This document shows positions 11,657 through 22,500 of a stretch of DNA of 64,000 nucleotides, one piece after another; the stretch's first letter is position 1; every line of letters starts with the position of its first letter. The notes under the pieces were generated by a model. The model was given only the letters and a program-made list of their open reading frames with translations, ran no database searches and was not told the DNA's origin. Source of the stretch: a virus. The stretch lies in IMG/VR virus record IMGVR_UViG_3300020061_000004, positions 32,001 to 96,000 of that record; one strand, written 5' to 3'. Position numbers and translations under genes: made by a program.

Positions 11657-14173
11657 TTATTTGTTTGAAGGTGCCATTTTACTTATATTATCAATTGCTT
11701 CGTCTATAGTTTTAAATCTTGTTAATGCTTCTACGGCATTTTGAGCATGAACATATGTAGGCATGTACATATTGTTTAGTATAATTTTATTTCCCGCCTT
11801 ATTATGAATTCTTAAAAAGACACTTTTATCATTTGGATCATCAGGATTAACTTTTACCATATCATACTTTAATTCATAGTTTCTTCCTGATGTAGTTACT
11901 AGATCATTTACTTTTCCATTTAATCTCAAAGCAAAATCATATCCTGAAAAAGGTTTAACTTCATTACCAAATCCTAATATTTGTTGCTGAGATGGATCAA
12001 CTGGAATTCTTAATACTTTATAATCTTCAGGTTTATTACCTGTCTTATAATTAACAGTAACTGTCGGTGTCAGGTTTCCTTCGAGAGTACTATATCCTTT
12101 ATCTATTACTTGAATATTATTCATATTAAGTCCTACAGATGAAAATCCTTGATTCTCAGTACCATCTTCATTATAAGCATGCAAGTTACCACTTTTTACG
12201 TTACCTTCCAACATTTTTGCTATATTTTTATCTTTATCATCAGTAATAGTTACACGAGGTGCTCTAAATACTTCAGATGCTGATCCTATTAAAGCATTAC
12301 GTTCACTATCTCTATTCTGTAGATAAGCAGACATTGCTTTTGAGTCAATTCCTGGAAGTTCTCCATCAGGACTAGCCCCTATAGCTGCAAGCTTTTGTGC
12401 TTTTTGAGCATTAGCATTATCTATAACTTGCTGTCCATATAATATTTTACCATTAACTCTTCTATTTGGTATTCTTCCACTACTAAATAAATCATGTTCT
12501 TTCTGAATAGCTTGTACTGCATTATACTTAGCTAACTTATCTGGTGTAGCACCATATTTCTGCTGAATCTGTTTATCGATTCCTGTATAATAATTATCTA
12601 TAGCTTCTATTTCTTTTTGATTTTCCTGATACTTTTTAGCATATGATTTAAATTCAGGATCAAGTTGCTCAAAATTTATTTGTTTACCCTGTGTAAGAGA
12701 ATCTAATGCTGCAAATTTTTGTTGCATTGCTGCTCGCATTTCAGGTGTAAGATTTACAACTATATGACCATTAGGTAATAAATCAGATGTTGTAACATTA
12801 TCATCATCTTTCAGATGTGCTAAAGTCTTAGCATACTGTAGCTTTAATTGTTCATTAGCTGCTACTAAATCAGTCTTTCTACTATCAAGATTATCTTTAG
12901 TTACCTCATTAGCCTGAGTAGTTTTTGCTGCATTATATCCAGGAAGTCCACTATAATCAGGTTGTCCATTTTTTCCAACACGACCTCTTGATGTATTATT
13001 CTGTCTAGCATTAGGGTCTTGAATGATAGTAGTATGTCCAAAATCATCTTGGAAGTACATTAAACCATCCTTAGCCATTTCTATCTCCTGCTGTTTAGCA
13101 TCATGTCCTTGCTGATATGCAAACTTCTGTTTATCCATTTCATACTTCAACTTGAACATCTTATCTGTTGCAGGCTGGAGTTTGGTAGTAGCTTCACTAA
13201 AAGCATATCTATCTTGTAAACCTTTTAGTTTATCATTTAGATAGAGATTTTCCTTGATTTGTTCTGCATTCTTTCTTACAGGTGAAAGAAGTGTATTTAT
13301 TTGATTAGTAGTACTATCAATTAATTGTTGATATTTGTCTTGATCCTGAATATTTACAGAAGCTTTCAGTTTAGTTTTATAGTCATCTAATTGACTCGTA
13401 GCTACACCAACTTTCTTATAAGTCTCAGCATCATAAGCTTTAGTAAGATCAGACACAGGAAGATTCTGATATTGATAACGTCCTTCTATAGCAAGTTGCT
13501 GACGCTGTTCAGGAGTAAGCATTTTCTGTGCTGTATCCCATATCTGATCAGGTGATACTATCTTCTGGGTATCAATACGATACATTAGTCCCTTATCTGT
13601 AATAGTAGTACTAACATTTGGATGTGCAGCTATTTTTTCAAATAACTTACTCCAATCATCTTCATATTTAACATATGGAGTGATTTCACCTGCACCTGCA
13701 CCAACTGAAGCACCTGCTTTATCATCATTAAACCAGTCTGAGAACTTATTCATATCATACCATTCATTGGCAGGATTCCAGTTCTTAGGGTTCTTTTCTT
13801 TTAATGTTTTATATTGATCTTGAACATAGCGAAATGCCCTAGTTCCAGCTATGGCATTAATTACTGTAGGATCATTATATATCTGAGGAGCAAGACCAGC
13901 TATCTGGTTGGTGATATTAGGATCACTATAATCTACACCACCTATATTATTAGTAGTTTCTACTAGGTTATTTATCTTAGAGTTGAGATAATCCTTATCC
14001 ACACCTCTCACTACATCAAGAGAGGAGGCTTGATCAATTGCACCTTGTACCTTATTTACACCTTGATCAAATTGAGACTGTTTAGTCTCAAGAACACGAC
14101 CCAGTAGATTTAGGTCTACTGGAGTCGTGTAATCATTAGGCTTATGAATTATAGAGGCGTGAGAAATGGGCAT
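11657..14173 (-). CDS. Putative internal virion (cargo/ejection) protein
   Basis: 838 aa, helical, directly upstream of the RNAP as in crAss-like gene order. No catalytic motif recognised. Confidence 0.55.
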   Translation of the reverse strand: MPISHASIIHKPNDYTTPVDLNLLGRVLETKQSQFDQGVNKVQGAIDQASSLDVVRGVDKDYLNSKINNLVETTNNIGGVDYSDPNITNQIAGLAPQIYNDPTVINAIAGTRAFRYVQDQYKTLKEKNPKNWNPANEWYDMNKFSDWFNDDKAGASVGAGAGEITPYVKYEDDWSKLFEKIAAHPNVSTTITDKGLMYRIDTQKIVSPDQIWDTAQKMLTPEQRQQLAIEGRYQYQNLPVSDLTKAYDAETYKKVGVATSQLDDYKTKLKASVNIQDQDKYQQLIDSTTNQINTLLSPVRKNAEQIKENLYLNDKLKGLQDRYAFSEATTKLQPATDKMFKLKYEMDKQKFAYQQGHDAKQQEIEMAKDGLMYFQDDFGHTTIIQDPNARQNNTSRGRVGKNGQPDYSGLPGYNAAKTTQANEVTKDNLDSRKTDLVAANEQLKLQYAKTLAHLKDDDNVTTSDLLPNGHIVVNLTPEMRAAMQQKFAALDSLTQGKQINFEQLDPEFKSYAKKYQENQKEIEAIDNYYTGIDKQIQQKYGATPDKLAKYNAVQAIQKEHDLFSSGRIPNRRVNGKILYGQQVIDNANAQKAQKLAAIGASPDGELPGIDSKAMSAYLQNRDSERNALIGSASEVFRAPRVTITDDKDKNIAKMLEGNVKSGNLHAYNEDGTENQGFSSVGLNMNNIQVIDKGYSTLEGNLTPTVTVNYKTGNKPEDYKVLRIPVDPSQQQILGFGNEVKPFSGYDFALRLNGKVNDLVTTSGRNYELKYDMVKVNPDDPNDKSVFLRIHNKAGNKIILNNMYMPTYVHAQNAVEALTRFKTIDEAIDNISKMAPSNK

Positions 14174-14188
14174 AATCTAATTGTTATA

Positions 14189-14227
14189 CAAATATAAGCA
14201 TTTTCAAGTACTTATACGAACTTGTAA
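14189..14227 (-). promoter_or_regulatory. Class II promoter candidate TTACA-N26-TATATTTG
   Basis: Same spacing at four intergenic sites. Confidence 0.65.
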
Positions 14228-14237
14228 TTGAAATTGT

Positions 14238-17200
14238 TTATTTTACTTCTACTAGGTTATTTCCATCATACCTAAATACCTTACCTGCAAGTTTATAAGA
14301 CTTTCCGGGTGTAAAGGTTGTTACTCCTTTTGCAGACATGTTTTGGGGAGCAGTATATTGATTAGGCTGGATAGGAGTATTAGCAGTGAATGTAGGATTA
14401 TATCCGTTATAGTTACCATATTGATCAAATGCTTTAGACATCTTCTGAATAAGGTCTCCATTACGGTTTAAAGCTGCATTTTCAGCTACTGTCTTGTAAA
14501 GACTATCCAAAGCTGTAAGCTTCTGCTCCTGCTGTTTAGCCTTACCAGTAAGTACTTTTTCTTCGAAAGCTTCACGACTTTGCTGATCAGACTGAGCTTG
14601 CCTATCTCTAGCCTGAGTATTGTATTGAATCTCTTGATTCTTAATCTGGGCATTTTGATTCTCATAATTACCAATTACCTGATTGTTTAATGCATATTTA
14701 CGTGAAGCTAAGTTTGATATATTAGCTAACTGTGCTCCTATATTATTTGGAGCAGTTTCTTGTACAGCTTTAACAGCAGTATTGAAATCAGTTTCATTAG
14801 CATTTAATGCCGCTGTAGGATCAACCTGATGAAGCTGTAATTGATTTATCTTAGTAGGATTATATTTCTCTGCAAGACGTTCACTACCAGCAACATATGC
14901 ACCTATTGGAGAAGCAAGATCATACCAGTTAAGAGGTTGATTAAAATTACTCTTAGGTTGAGGTACTCTTTGTAAGTTATTAACTATAGGAGATGGTTGT
15001 ACTTTATCATTATACTGTCTTGGAGCTTGCTTTTGTGGTGGTATGTCATTATCAGTCCACATACGAGGTCCCACAGCCAGATTAACAAGGCGTTTACCAA
15101 GATTATTATCAGGATATAATTCTGCTAATTTCTGAAGATTTTCAGGGTCTTGTAATACTCCGGGTTTAAACTGTCCTCTTTTAACACCACTAGTAGCATC
15201 ATCCTTATCATATACAAGTCCTGCTTTAACAGCCTTATCATATCCTTGATTCTGGATACCTTCCTGCCACATTTGACGTATAGCATCAGGATTATTCTTT
15301 AATGCAAAGGTATAAGCAGCTCTCTGAAGATCAGCATTACTTTTAACATTAGCTACATTTACACCTGCTTTCTTAAGTTGATCAACATATTCATCAACTG
15401 TAGTATTATCAGGGAATGCATCTGAATTACCAGCAGGAGTGGTCTGTCCCGACTTATTTCCAGGATATGCTGTAACACCATTCTGAGCCTTCATTGTATA
15501 TTTCTTACCACCGTATTTCATCTCTTGATCACTAGAACCATCATTATTAATACCAAGAGCAGCTTTAGTCATTTCTTGATGATCAAATAGACGATTAAAT
15601 AGTTCTTCTTTAGTAGGAATTGCTTGGAAACTATCAATATTTAGTTTTGTTGAGTTCTGAGCATATTTATCGAGATAATTCTTTCCCTTACCTGCAAGTT
15701 CTATATTCTTAACAAGTTTACCTCTTTCCTTTTCAAGATTAGCATTTCCTTCTATGAGAGCTTGAGCATGAGACATGCTACTATTAGTATCAAGTCCTGT
15801 AAGTACTTTAATCTGTTCAGGATTAAGTCTTAAATACTTAGATATTTTATCTCCACGAAGTCTTGAAGTATTTTCTAATACACGGTGAACATCAGGAAGC
15901 ATTTCACCACCTTGTTCATGTGTATTACCATTAGGATCAACTTGCTGCATATTTCCTTGCTGATCAGTATATACTTCACCTTTCTCTGCTTCAACATTAG
16001 CTCTATCAGCCATACTATCAGGAAGTCCACCAACTTGCTGAATTCCTCCAGCTTGCATAATCATATTTTTATCAATTTCATATTCTGAAAGATCATTATA
16101 TAGATCACCACTTGTTCCTACTCCTCCATATTGTTTCTTAAGACTTGGATATTTTGCATATACTTTAGCCTTTACATCAGGTCTATGATGAAGTCCAGCT
16201 AGACGAAGAGCATCTCTACCATCTGCTTTAGTAGGAATAGGATATGAGCGATTTCCACCTGCAAAATCAACTTTCTTAACCATTGGATATGGATGACTCT
16301 TACTACCATAATCACTACTACGAGATAGACCACCTGCTTTCATAGTACTAGTAGGAGCAGCAGGTTGAGTTACTGTTGAATTCTGAGCAGGAGTAGGATT
16401 GGCATTATAATCCTTGAAATATCCTTCATCATTTAACTCTTTTGCACTCTGTAAACGAGCTTGTACATTATTATAAATACTACTATAAGATGCAGGTTTA
16501 AAACTTGCATTATCAATAAAGCTATCATCTTTCAAATAACCTTTATCTTGATAGGATTTTATCATCTTCTGCATATTTCCTTCTCCACCATTATAATTGG
16601 CTAGAAGAAAGAAATCCTGCTGCTTTGGTGTTAGTTTTACACCACTTTGCTTAGTATAAGCTGCTAATTGATCTTGAGACTGTCTCATCATAGCACTCTT
16701 AGCCATTAAAGCATCAGCATCAGTTTTAAATGCAGGAGCTTTCAAATCCATTCCACTACTACTTTCATTTTTTGTAGAAGCATCAAATGTTGTAAAATTA
16801 TTACTAAAACCTTTCGGTAAATAACCTTCTTTTTCTAAATCTTTAGCATTACCTGCAAAAGTATCAAGCCCATAATTATAGAAACCATCTACAGGATAAT
16901 CAGCAGCTTTATCTTTATTCTTACTAACCCAATCTACATATGCCTCAGAAGCATTTCCAGAGGCTTTTTTATCTACTGAACCACTCATACCCTCTTCCAT
17001 TGCGGAAGAGTATAGAAGAGCTGGATTAAGCTTATTTTGCCTTGCAGCAGAATATACCGCATCTCGTACATTACCTTGACTACTTTGGAATTCAGTATCT
17101 AGTTTATTTCCCCAATTATATCTACCTTGATCACTTAAATATGGATTATTAGCATATTTCTTTCTTAATGCATCTTTTGTAGGAAATTGTCCAGCAGACT

Positions 17201-18638
17201 GTTGTGCTTGTACTTGAGTCTGAGGAGTTGATCCAGATACTGGAGCTTGAGGGTTGCCTGTAGCAGCCTGAGATGCAGCTTGTGTAGCTTTATTCTGTGC
17301 AGATGTTGCAGGATTAGCAATTACACCATTCTTATTGAACTTCAGCTGTCCAGAGGCATCTTTAGACACACTATATCCCATTTGAGTATAACGATCAGCT
17401 ATCTGCTGTTCAGCAGGACTAAATCCACCACCAGCTTGTGCAGCAGGTTTCTGCTGTACGTTTGTGTTTGGTGTACTATAATAGTTAGCTACAGGATCAA
17501 GATTAAAACGTCCTGTCTTCTGACGAAGTATATCTGTTGGATCATTCTGATTAACTGGACTACCATAGAACCCTTGAATTAATTGCTCAGGAGTTCTTCC
17601 TTGAGGCTGTGTAGCCTTATAGATATAAGCCTTCTGTATAAGTGCTTGCTGATCAGGTGTATATACACCTTGAGTATTAGTACGTTTATTATTAGCTAAT
17701 ACACTATTAATATCATCTGCAAAGTATGCTTCATTAATTCCACTAGCATGAGAAGCACCAATATTCTGCTGAGTAAATCCTCCACCAGTTTGTGCAAGTA
17801 AATTACCTATTTCATCTTCATCATCATATGTACTATCCCATCCCATATCATCCCACTGCCCTACATTTCCACCAAGCTGTCCTTTATGAAGATCACCACT
17901 CTTGAAACGACGAGCAAGAGCTTTACGACGAGGAGTACAAGTACTTTTCGACATTGGTGTACAATATCCTTTATGTGCTGGATTGATAGCACCTTTAATC
18001 CATCCACCAGCTTTGAATTCTGTTAGAACATCTCCACTATAATCATTTGTATCTTCTGGATTAGTATATGTTAAACCAGCATCAGGTTGTTGTCCACCTA
18101 CTTGATATTTCTTCTTAGTCTTTCCTCCCATTTTAAAATAGGCAGGATTATTATTATTTCCTTGACTTTCCATATTCTCATACCCATTACCTTGGCGCTG
18201 CTGAAGATATTGATTAAATTCATTCCTAGATGCTTTATTGCTAGCAATTGTATTTGCAATAGCTGTAGTAGCAGAAGCAGCCGCATTGAATCCTTCTACT
18301 AGAGGATTAAGTTTCCTTGTAGCAAGATTCCAAGGTTGAGGTCCTTGATTAGATTGTCCTTGTTGGGTAGCAGGACCATGGGTTCCCGGATTACCGGGCT
18401 GTTCAGGTTGTTTAGAATAATTACTAGGGTCTAGTACATTAGCTCTTTGAGGGAGAGTTGCCCTTTTAGATACAATATCTGGCATATTAGGAACATCTAC
18501 ATTTTCAGTAGGTGCTATTCCTAATTTATCATTCATATAGTTACCATATGTAGGATCAACCAAATTGTTTAATTGATTAGAAGTATTAGTTCCAACCTGA
18601 GCTTTCTTTATTGAATATTTTTTCTTAGTCTTTTGCAT
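14238..18638 (-). CDS. Virion cargo protein with lytic-transglycosylase-like domain and repeated [QK]xGG motifs
   Basis: 1466 aa. ARQNKLNPALLYSSAMEE...LLANYNGGEGN resembles an SLT fold; NVEAEKGEV/HEQGG segment typical of crAss cargo proteins. Confidence 0.6.
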   Translation of the reverse strand: MQKTKKKYSIKKAQVGTNTSNQLNNLVDPTYGNYMNDKLGIAPTENVDVPNMPDIVSKRATLPQRANVLDPSNYSKQPEQPGNPGTHGPATQQGQSNQGPQPWNLATRKLNPLVEGFNAAASATTAIANTIASNKASRNEFNQYLQQRQGNGYENMESQGNNNNPAYFKMGGKTKKKYQVGGQQPDAGLTYTNPEDTNDYSGDVLTEFKAGGWIKGAINPAHKGYCTPMSKSTCTPRRKALARRFKSGDLHKGQLGGNVGQWDDMGWDSTYDDEDEIGNLLAQTGGGFTQQNIGASHASGINEAYFADDINSVLANNKRTNTQGVYTPDQQALIQKAYIYKATQPQGRTPEQLIQGFYGSPVNQNDPTDILRQKTGRFNLDPVANYYSTPNTNVQQKPAAQAGGGFSPAEQQIADRYTQMGYSVSKDASGQLKFNKNGVIANPATSAQNKATQAASQAATGNPQAPVSGSTPQTQVQAQQSAGQFPTKDALRKKYANNPYLSDQGRYNWGNKLDTEFQSSQGNVRDAVYSAARQNKLNPALLYSSAMEEGMSGSVDKKASGNASEAYVDWVSKNKDKAADYPVDGFYNYGLDTFAGNAKDLEKEGYLPKGFSNNFTTFDASTKNESSSGMDLKAPAFKTDADALMAKSAMMRQSQDQLAAYTKQSGVKLTPKQQDFFLLANYNGGEGNMQKMIKSYQDKGYLKDDSFIDNASFKPASYSSIYNNVQARLQSAKELNDEGYFKDYNANPTPAQNSTVTQPAAPTSTMKAGGLSRSSDYGSKSHPYPMVKKVDFAGGNRSYPIPTKADGRDALRLAGLHHRPDVKAKVYAKYPSLKKQYGGVGTSGDLYNDLSEYEIDKNMIMQAGGIQQVGGLPDSMADRANVEAEKGEVYTDQQGNMQQVDPNGNTHEQGGEMLPDVHRVLENTSRLRGDKISKYLRLNPEQIKVLTGLDTNSSMSHAQALIEGNANLEKERGKLVKNIELAGKGKNYLDKYAQNSTKLNIDSFQAIPTKEELFNRLFDHQEMTKAALGINNDGSSDQEMKYGGKKYTMKAQNGVTAYPGNKSGQTTPAGNSDAFPDNTTVDEYVDQLKKAGVNVANVKSNADLQRAAYTFALKNNPDAIRQMWQEGIQNQGYDKAVKAGLVYDKDDATSGVKRGQFKPGVLQDPENLQKLAELYPDNNLGKRLVNLAVGPRMWTDNDIPPQKQAPRQYNDKVQPSPIVNNLQRVPQPKSNFNQPLNWYDLASPIGAYVAGSERLAEKYNPTKINQLQLHQVDPTAALNANETDFNTAVKAVQETAPNNIGAQLANISNLASRKYALNNQVIGNYENQNAQIKNQEIQYNTQARDRQAQSDQQSREAFEEKVLTGKAKQQEQKLTALDSLYKTVAENAALNRNGDLIQKMSKAFDQYGNYNGYNPTFTANTPIQPNQYTAPQNMSAKGVTTFTPGKSYKLAGKVFRYDGNNLVEVK

Positions 18639-19507
18639 TATATTCTTTTTTCGTATACTTTACCAGTAAATTGTGCAGTGTCTTGTGGACCCCTTAATAT
18701 TTTATATTTACTACCATCTGATACAGCTACAGGATTTCCACTATCTAATCCTCTTATTGTATTAGTACCTTTTAGATTTAATACTGCTCTCTGATAGTTG
18801 TCATTATTCAAACCTTGCCTTTGTGTTGCTTCATCATCAGCATATAAAGTTTTACCTCCTGTTTGATAATCTGTATTATAAGCACCACCAGCTTTATATC
18901 CTACATTATAGACTCCTCCTGCTTTTGCAGTGGGAGTTACATTTATACCCATCTTTTGAGCTATTGGATCATTACTAATAGTGTTAATTGCAGTATTTTG
19001 AATATCCTGATAAGTAGTATCTGATCTACCTCCGGGTCCATAAGGAAGTTGAGGAGTATACTTCTGAGAAGGTCTTGTAGAAGCATACTTAATATTATTT
19101 ATCTGATTCTTTAACCAAGGCGCACTTTGTTGAGAATATACTGTACTAGCATTCCCTAATGTTCCTCCGCCATACTGCATCTGTGGTTTAGAGGATTGAG
19201 GTTGCTGTTGAGTATCTCCCATGATATACCCCATCAATTGGTAATCTGTGTCTGTTAACTCTTCATTCTCAAAATCATGAGTATCTGTAGCCATTTTCTC
19301 AGAATCAGAATCAGATAATTCCTCATGTTCAGTATCATCCATTTCTGTTAGATCATTAAGATCATCATCATCTAGTTGTTGTAGATCATTAATGTCATTA
19401 GGATCACCATTCTGTGTAGCTGCTTGGCTACTCATCATATTGATCATCCCTTGCTGCTGAGCAATCTGAGGATCAAGAGTTGTAGTATCTAAGAAATCAA
19501 AAGCCAT
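18638..19507 (-). CDS. Putative virion cargo protein (acidic N-half, [QK]xGG motifs)
   Basis: 289 aa. QYGG, KAGG (twice) and QTGG motifs shared with the neighbouring gene; coupled stop/start. Confidence 0.5.
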   Translation of the reverse strand: MAFDFLDTTTLDPQIAQQQGMINMMSSQAATQNGDPNDINDLQQLDDDDLNDLTEMDDTEHEELSDSDSEKMATDTHDFENEELTDTDYQLMGYIMGDTQQQPQSSKPQMQYGGGTLGNASTVYSQQSAPWLKNQINNIKYASTRPSQKYTPQLPYGPGGRSDTTYQDIQNTAINTISNDPIAQKMGINVTPTAKAGGVYNVGYKAGGAYNTDYQTGGKTLYADDEATQRQGLNNDNYQRAVLNLKGTNTIRGLDSGNPVAVSDGSKYKILRGPQDTAQFTGKVYEKRI

Positions 19508-22500
19508 TATCTATATGTTTTTACTTCGTGGTTTACAAGCCATTTAAAAATGAATTTATAGTTAGAAGTAGCATCATTACTCAACTTCACTCTACAATAT
19601 TCTCCTCTTATTCTTCTTTTATTTAAATCAGGCATTTGGTAGTCCAAAGCCTTATTATTAAGCTTTTTCTCTGTATTTGCACAGTTATTAAGCCATAATG
19701 GCATGTTATTTAGCCTATTATTTACAATATCATAGAAGGTATTTATTCTCCATATTCCGTCTGCATTAGTGACTCTAATTGTAGTAGAGTCTATATTCTG
19801 TATTGGGAACTGACGAAGAGTGTTTAAGTTCCTCTTGTCATGATATTCTAAGTTTAATTGGCCAGAGTTCTGGTTTTGTGTGAATACCACTGCTTTGTTG
19901 AATGTCTTATCGATGGTATAATAAGGATCAAACTGATTATGATATCTAATAACGTCGAGGCCATATTCTATTGAGTTTTGGTTGTTTTTATTAATATCTG
20001 GTTTGGTGATTGTTTGTATTGTAAATGGATATAGTTTACCACCAAATACCTGATATGATTTATTTGTTTGATTATGTATTGAAGCTGTACTTGTTGCACT
20101 ATTACTACCACTTATGAAGTAATCTACTCCTTCTATATAATAGTTAGGAAGATATGAATGATAACTAACCCAACTCTTTAAGAAGAAGTTATAAGAAATA
20201 GTCCAACTCTTATTGCAAAAGTACTTAATATCTGTGAGATTAACAACTGTTCTTGTAGGAACAGTAGGAATAAAGAATACTTTAGCAATTGGGTCCCATT
20301 CAACAGTTGGATCAATTACTTTATAGTCTAATTTAGTGATTAAAAAGCGGTTAAAACGCTTATCAAAACACAATGTAGTTCCTACACCCTTAAAACTATT
20401 ATCAAGATCACTATCAGTCATAGATGGAAAATCCTTAAGAAGTTGGAAGGGAAGGTTCTCTTTAAACCAGTTCTTCATACCATTCTTAGAGATTTCATCA
20501 AGTCCTTCTGGTGATAAGTTAAATATCTGGCCACGTTTAGAATCTACCCAAATATGTCCATATTCAGTATTTAATATAAACTGACTCTGAGCACCACCAT
20601 ATCCTAATGTAGTATGAGAATACTCTTGAGGCTTTGATGCAAACATACCTCCAGTACCAACCTGAATACTATCAGGGGTATTGGTTGGGATGGTGATGTA
20701 TGCATTAAAGATTTGAAAAGTATTCTCTGATCTTACTAATACTTTATCATTCTCAATACCATCCACTGCTATAAGTTTACCATTAGAAAGAGGGAAGTTA
20801 TAGAAGTCATTTGGTCTGTAATTCAACCAATTAGGACCATTAGAGAAAATAATTCCATTAGGGAAGTTTACTCTACATTGTCTATTTGGCTGGAAATCAG
20901 GAGGATATTGTCCATAAAAATGCTCCTCATTCTGTTTAGAATAAGTATTATTATAAAAGAAGGTATTATCTTCAGAAGGTGGAACATTTTTCTCTTGTAA
21001 CCAGAAGTTTAAATCTGTTGTATGAGGATAGAAATCTCCTTGTAGACTATTCTGAGCAGTTCTAAAGTCTACATCTCTATCACTCTCTACTAAGAAATAG
21101 GGAATACCATAGTTATATAGATACATTACACCATTCTGATAGAAGAACTTTTCTGTCTTACAATCTAAGTTAGAATTAGGACGACCTAATATTTGCCAAG
21201 GATTAGTGAATAAATCAGTAATATTTCCTGATGTTAATGCTTGTGCAATACCTGTTGTTGTTTGATACCAATAACGAGGATATCCTACATTTCCAAGAAT
21301 TGTATAGTCTATATCAGCACCATCGATATTTCTAAAGTTTGTAGATATCCAGAAGGAATGCTTACGTTTTATAGCAAATCTGTTGATGAATACATCACCT
21401 CCAAATATATTAAGCTGACAATCCACATAAGTATTATTCTTAAAGTAAATACATGATCCAGTATCTATATACTGTATATCATTAATATTACCATATTGAT
21501 CAGGTACATAGTTCTTTATAGAGCCATAATAAGAGGATATTTGGCTTGTATATATTTGATTAATGTGATTACTAAAGTCATCATTAGCATTCATTATAAA
21601 CCTTGATCCATCTACATTTGTAGGAGCTGGAAAGGCTGTATTAGTTTCTAATGTCTTTAAGTATAATGAACTTTCTCTGTTAAAGTTATTAAAATGAATA
21701 GTACTTTGTCCACTAATAAGACCTGTTATATTCTCATTAATAAGACTTAATTCAGGTTTTAAATAGGAATAATTCTCTATTTCTCTTCTTTTAAATCCCG
21801 AATTAGTTACATTTGAGTAGTTATTATATATACCTACAGCTTGTGCCTGTACTGCATAGTTCTTATAAGGAACCAAACTCTTTATCAGATCAATAATTAC
21901 ATTTGTTTCAGTTAATACTAATGCAAACTGATTAAATGCATTCTGCGCCAATATAAGCGCATTAAAGGCAGGATCCATTCCCGGGTAAAGTCCACTCTTA
22001 ATCTGTTGTGGTGTACCTTGTATTGTCGTTATATTACGTTCAGCTATTCTTGTACCAACACCAGCTAATGATCCAATATCTACACCTGTAGATGGATTCC
22101 AAAATGGTCCTGATAATGTAGCAGGAGGAGATGAAGGATCAGCAGGGTCTCCAAGTTGAGATGAAGATTGAATATCTCTTTCATCTATATTTGGTACATC
22201 TGTTGTTCCTGAACCATCCCATGATTCTGGTGTTGAAATAGTAGTTATTTCTCCTGTTCCTTCAGCCAGTGTTCCTGAAACAATACCAACAGGGATATTA
22301 CCACTTGCATCTGTATCTGTAGTATATGCATTTACTCTCTTTACAACATCCGCTCTAACTGTGTAGTTTTCTGTCTGTTGTGGCTGATATGATGTAAGCA
22401 TAGCAACAAGACCACCTGCAAGAGCTAAAGCATATGCAAATGCAGAAAGCATCTTTTCTTTTGCTTGTAGGTCTGCATAGTTGAAATAAGTGTTTGCTGT

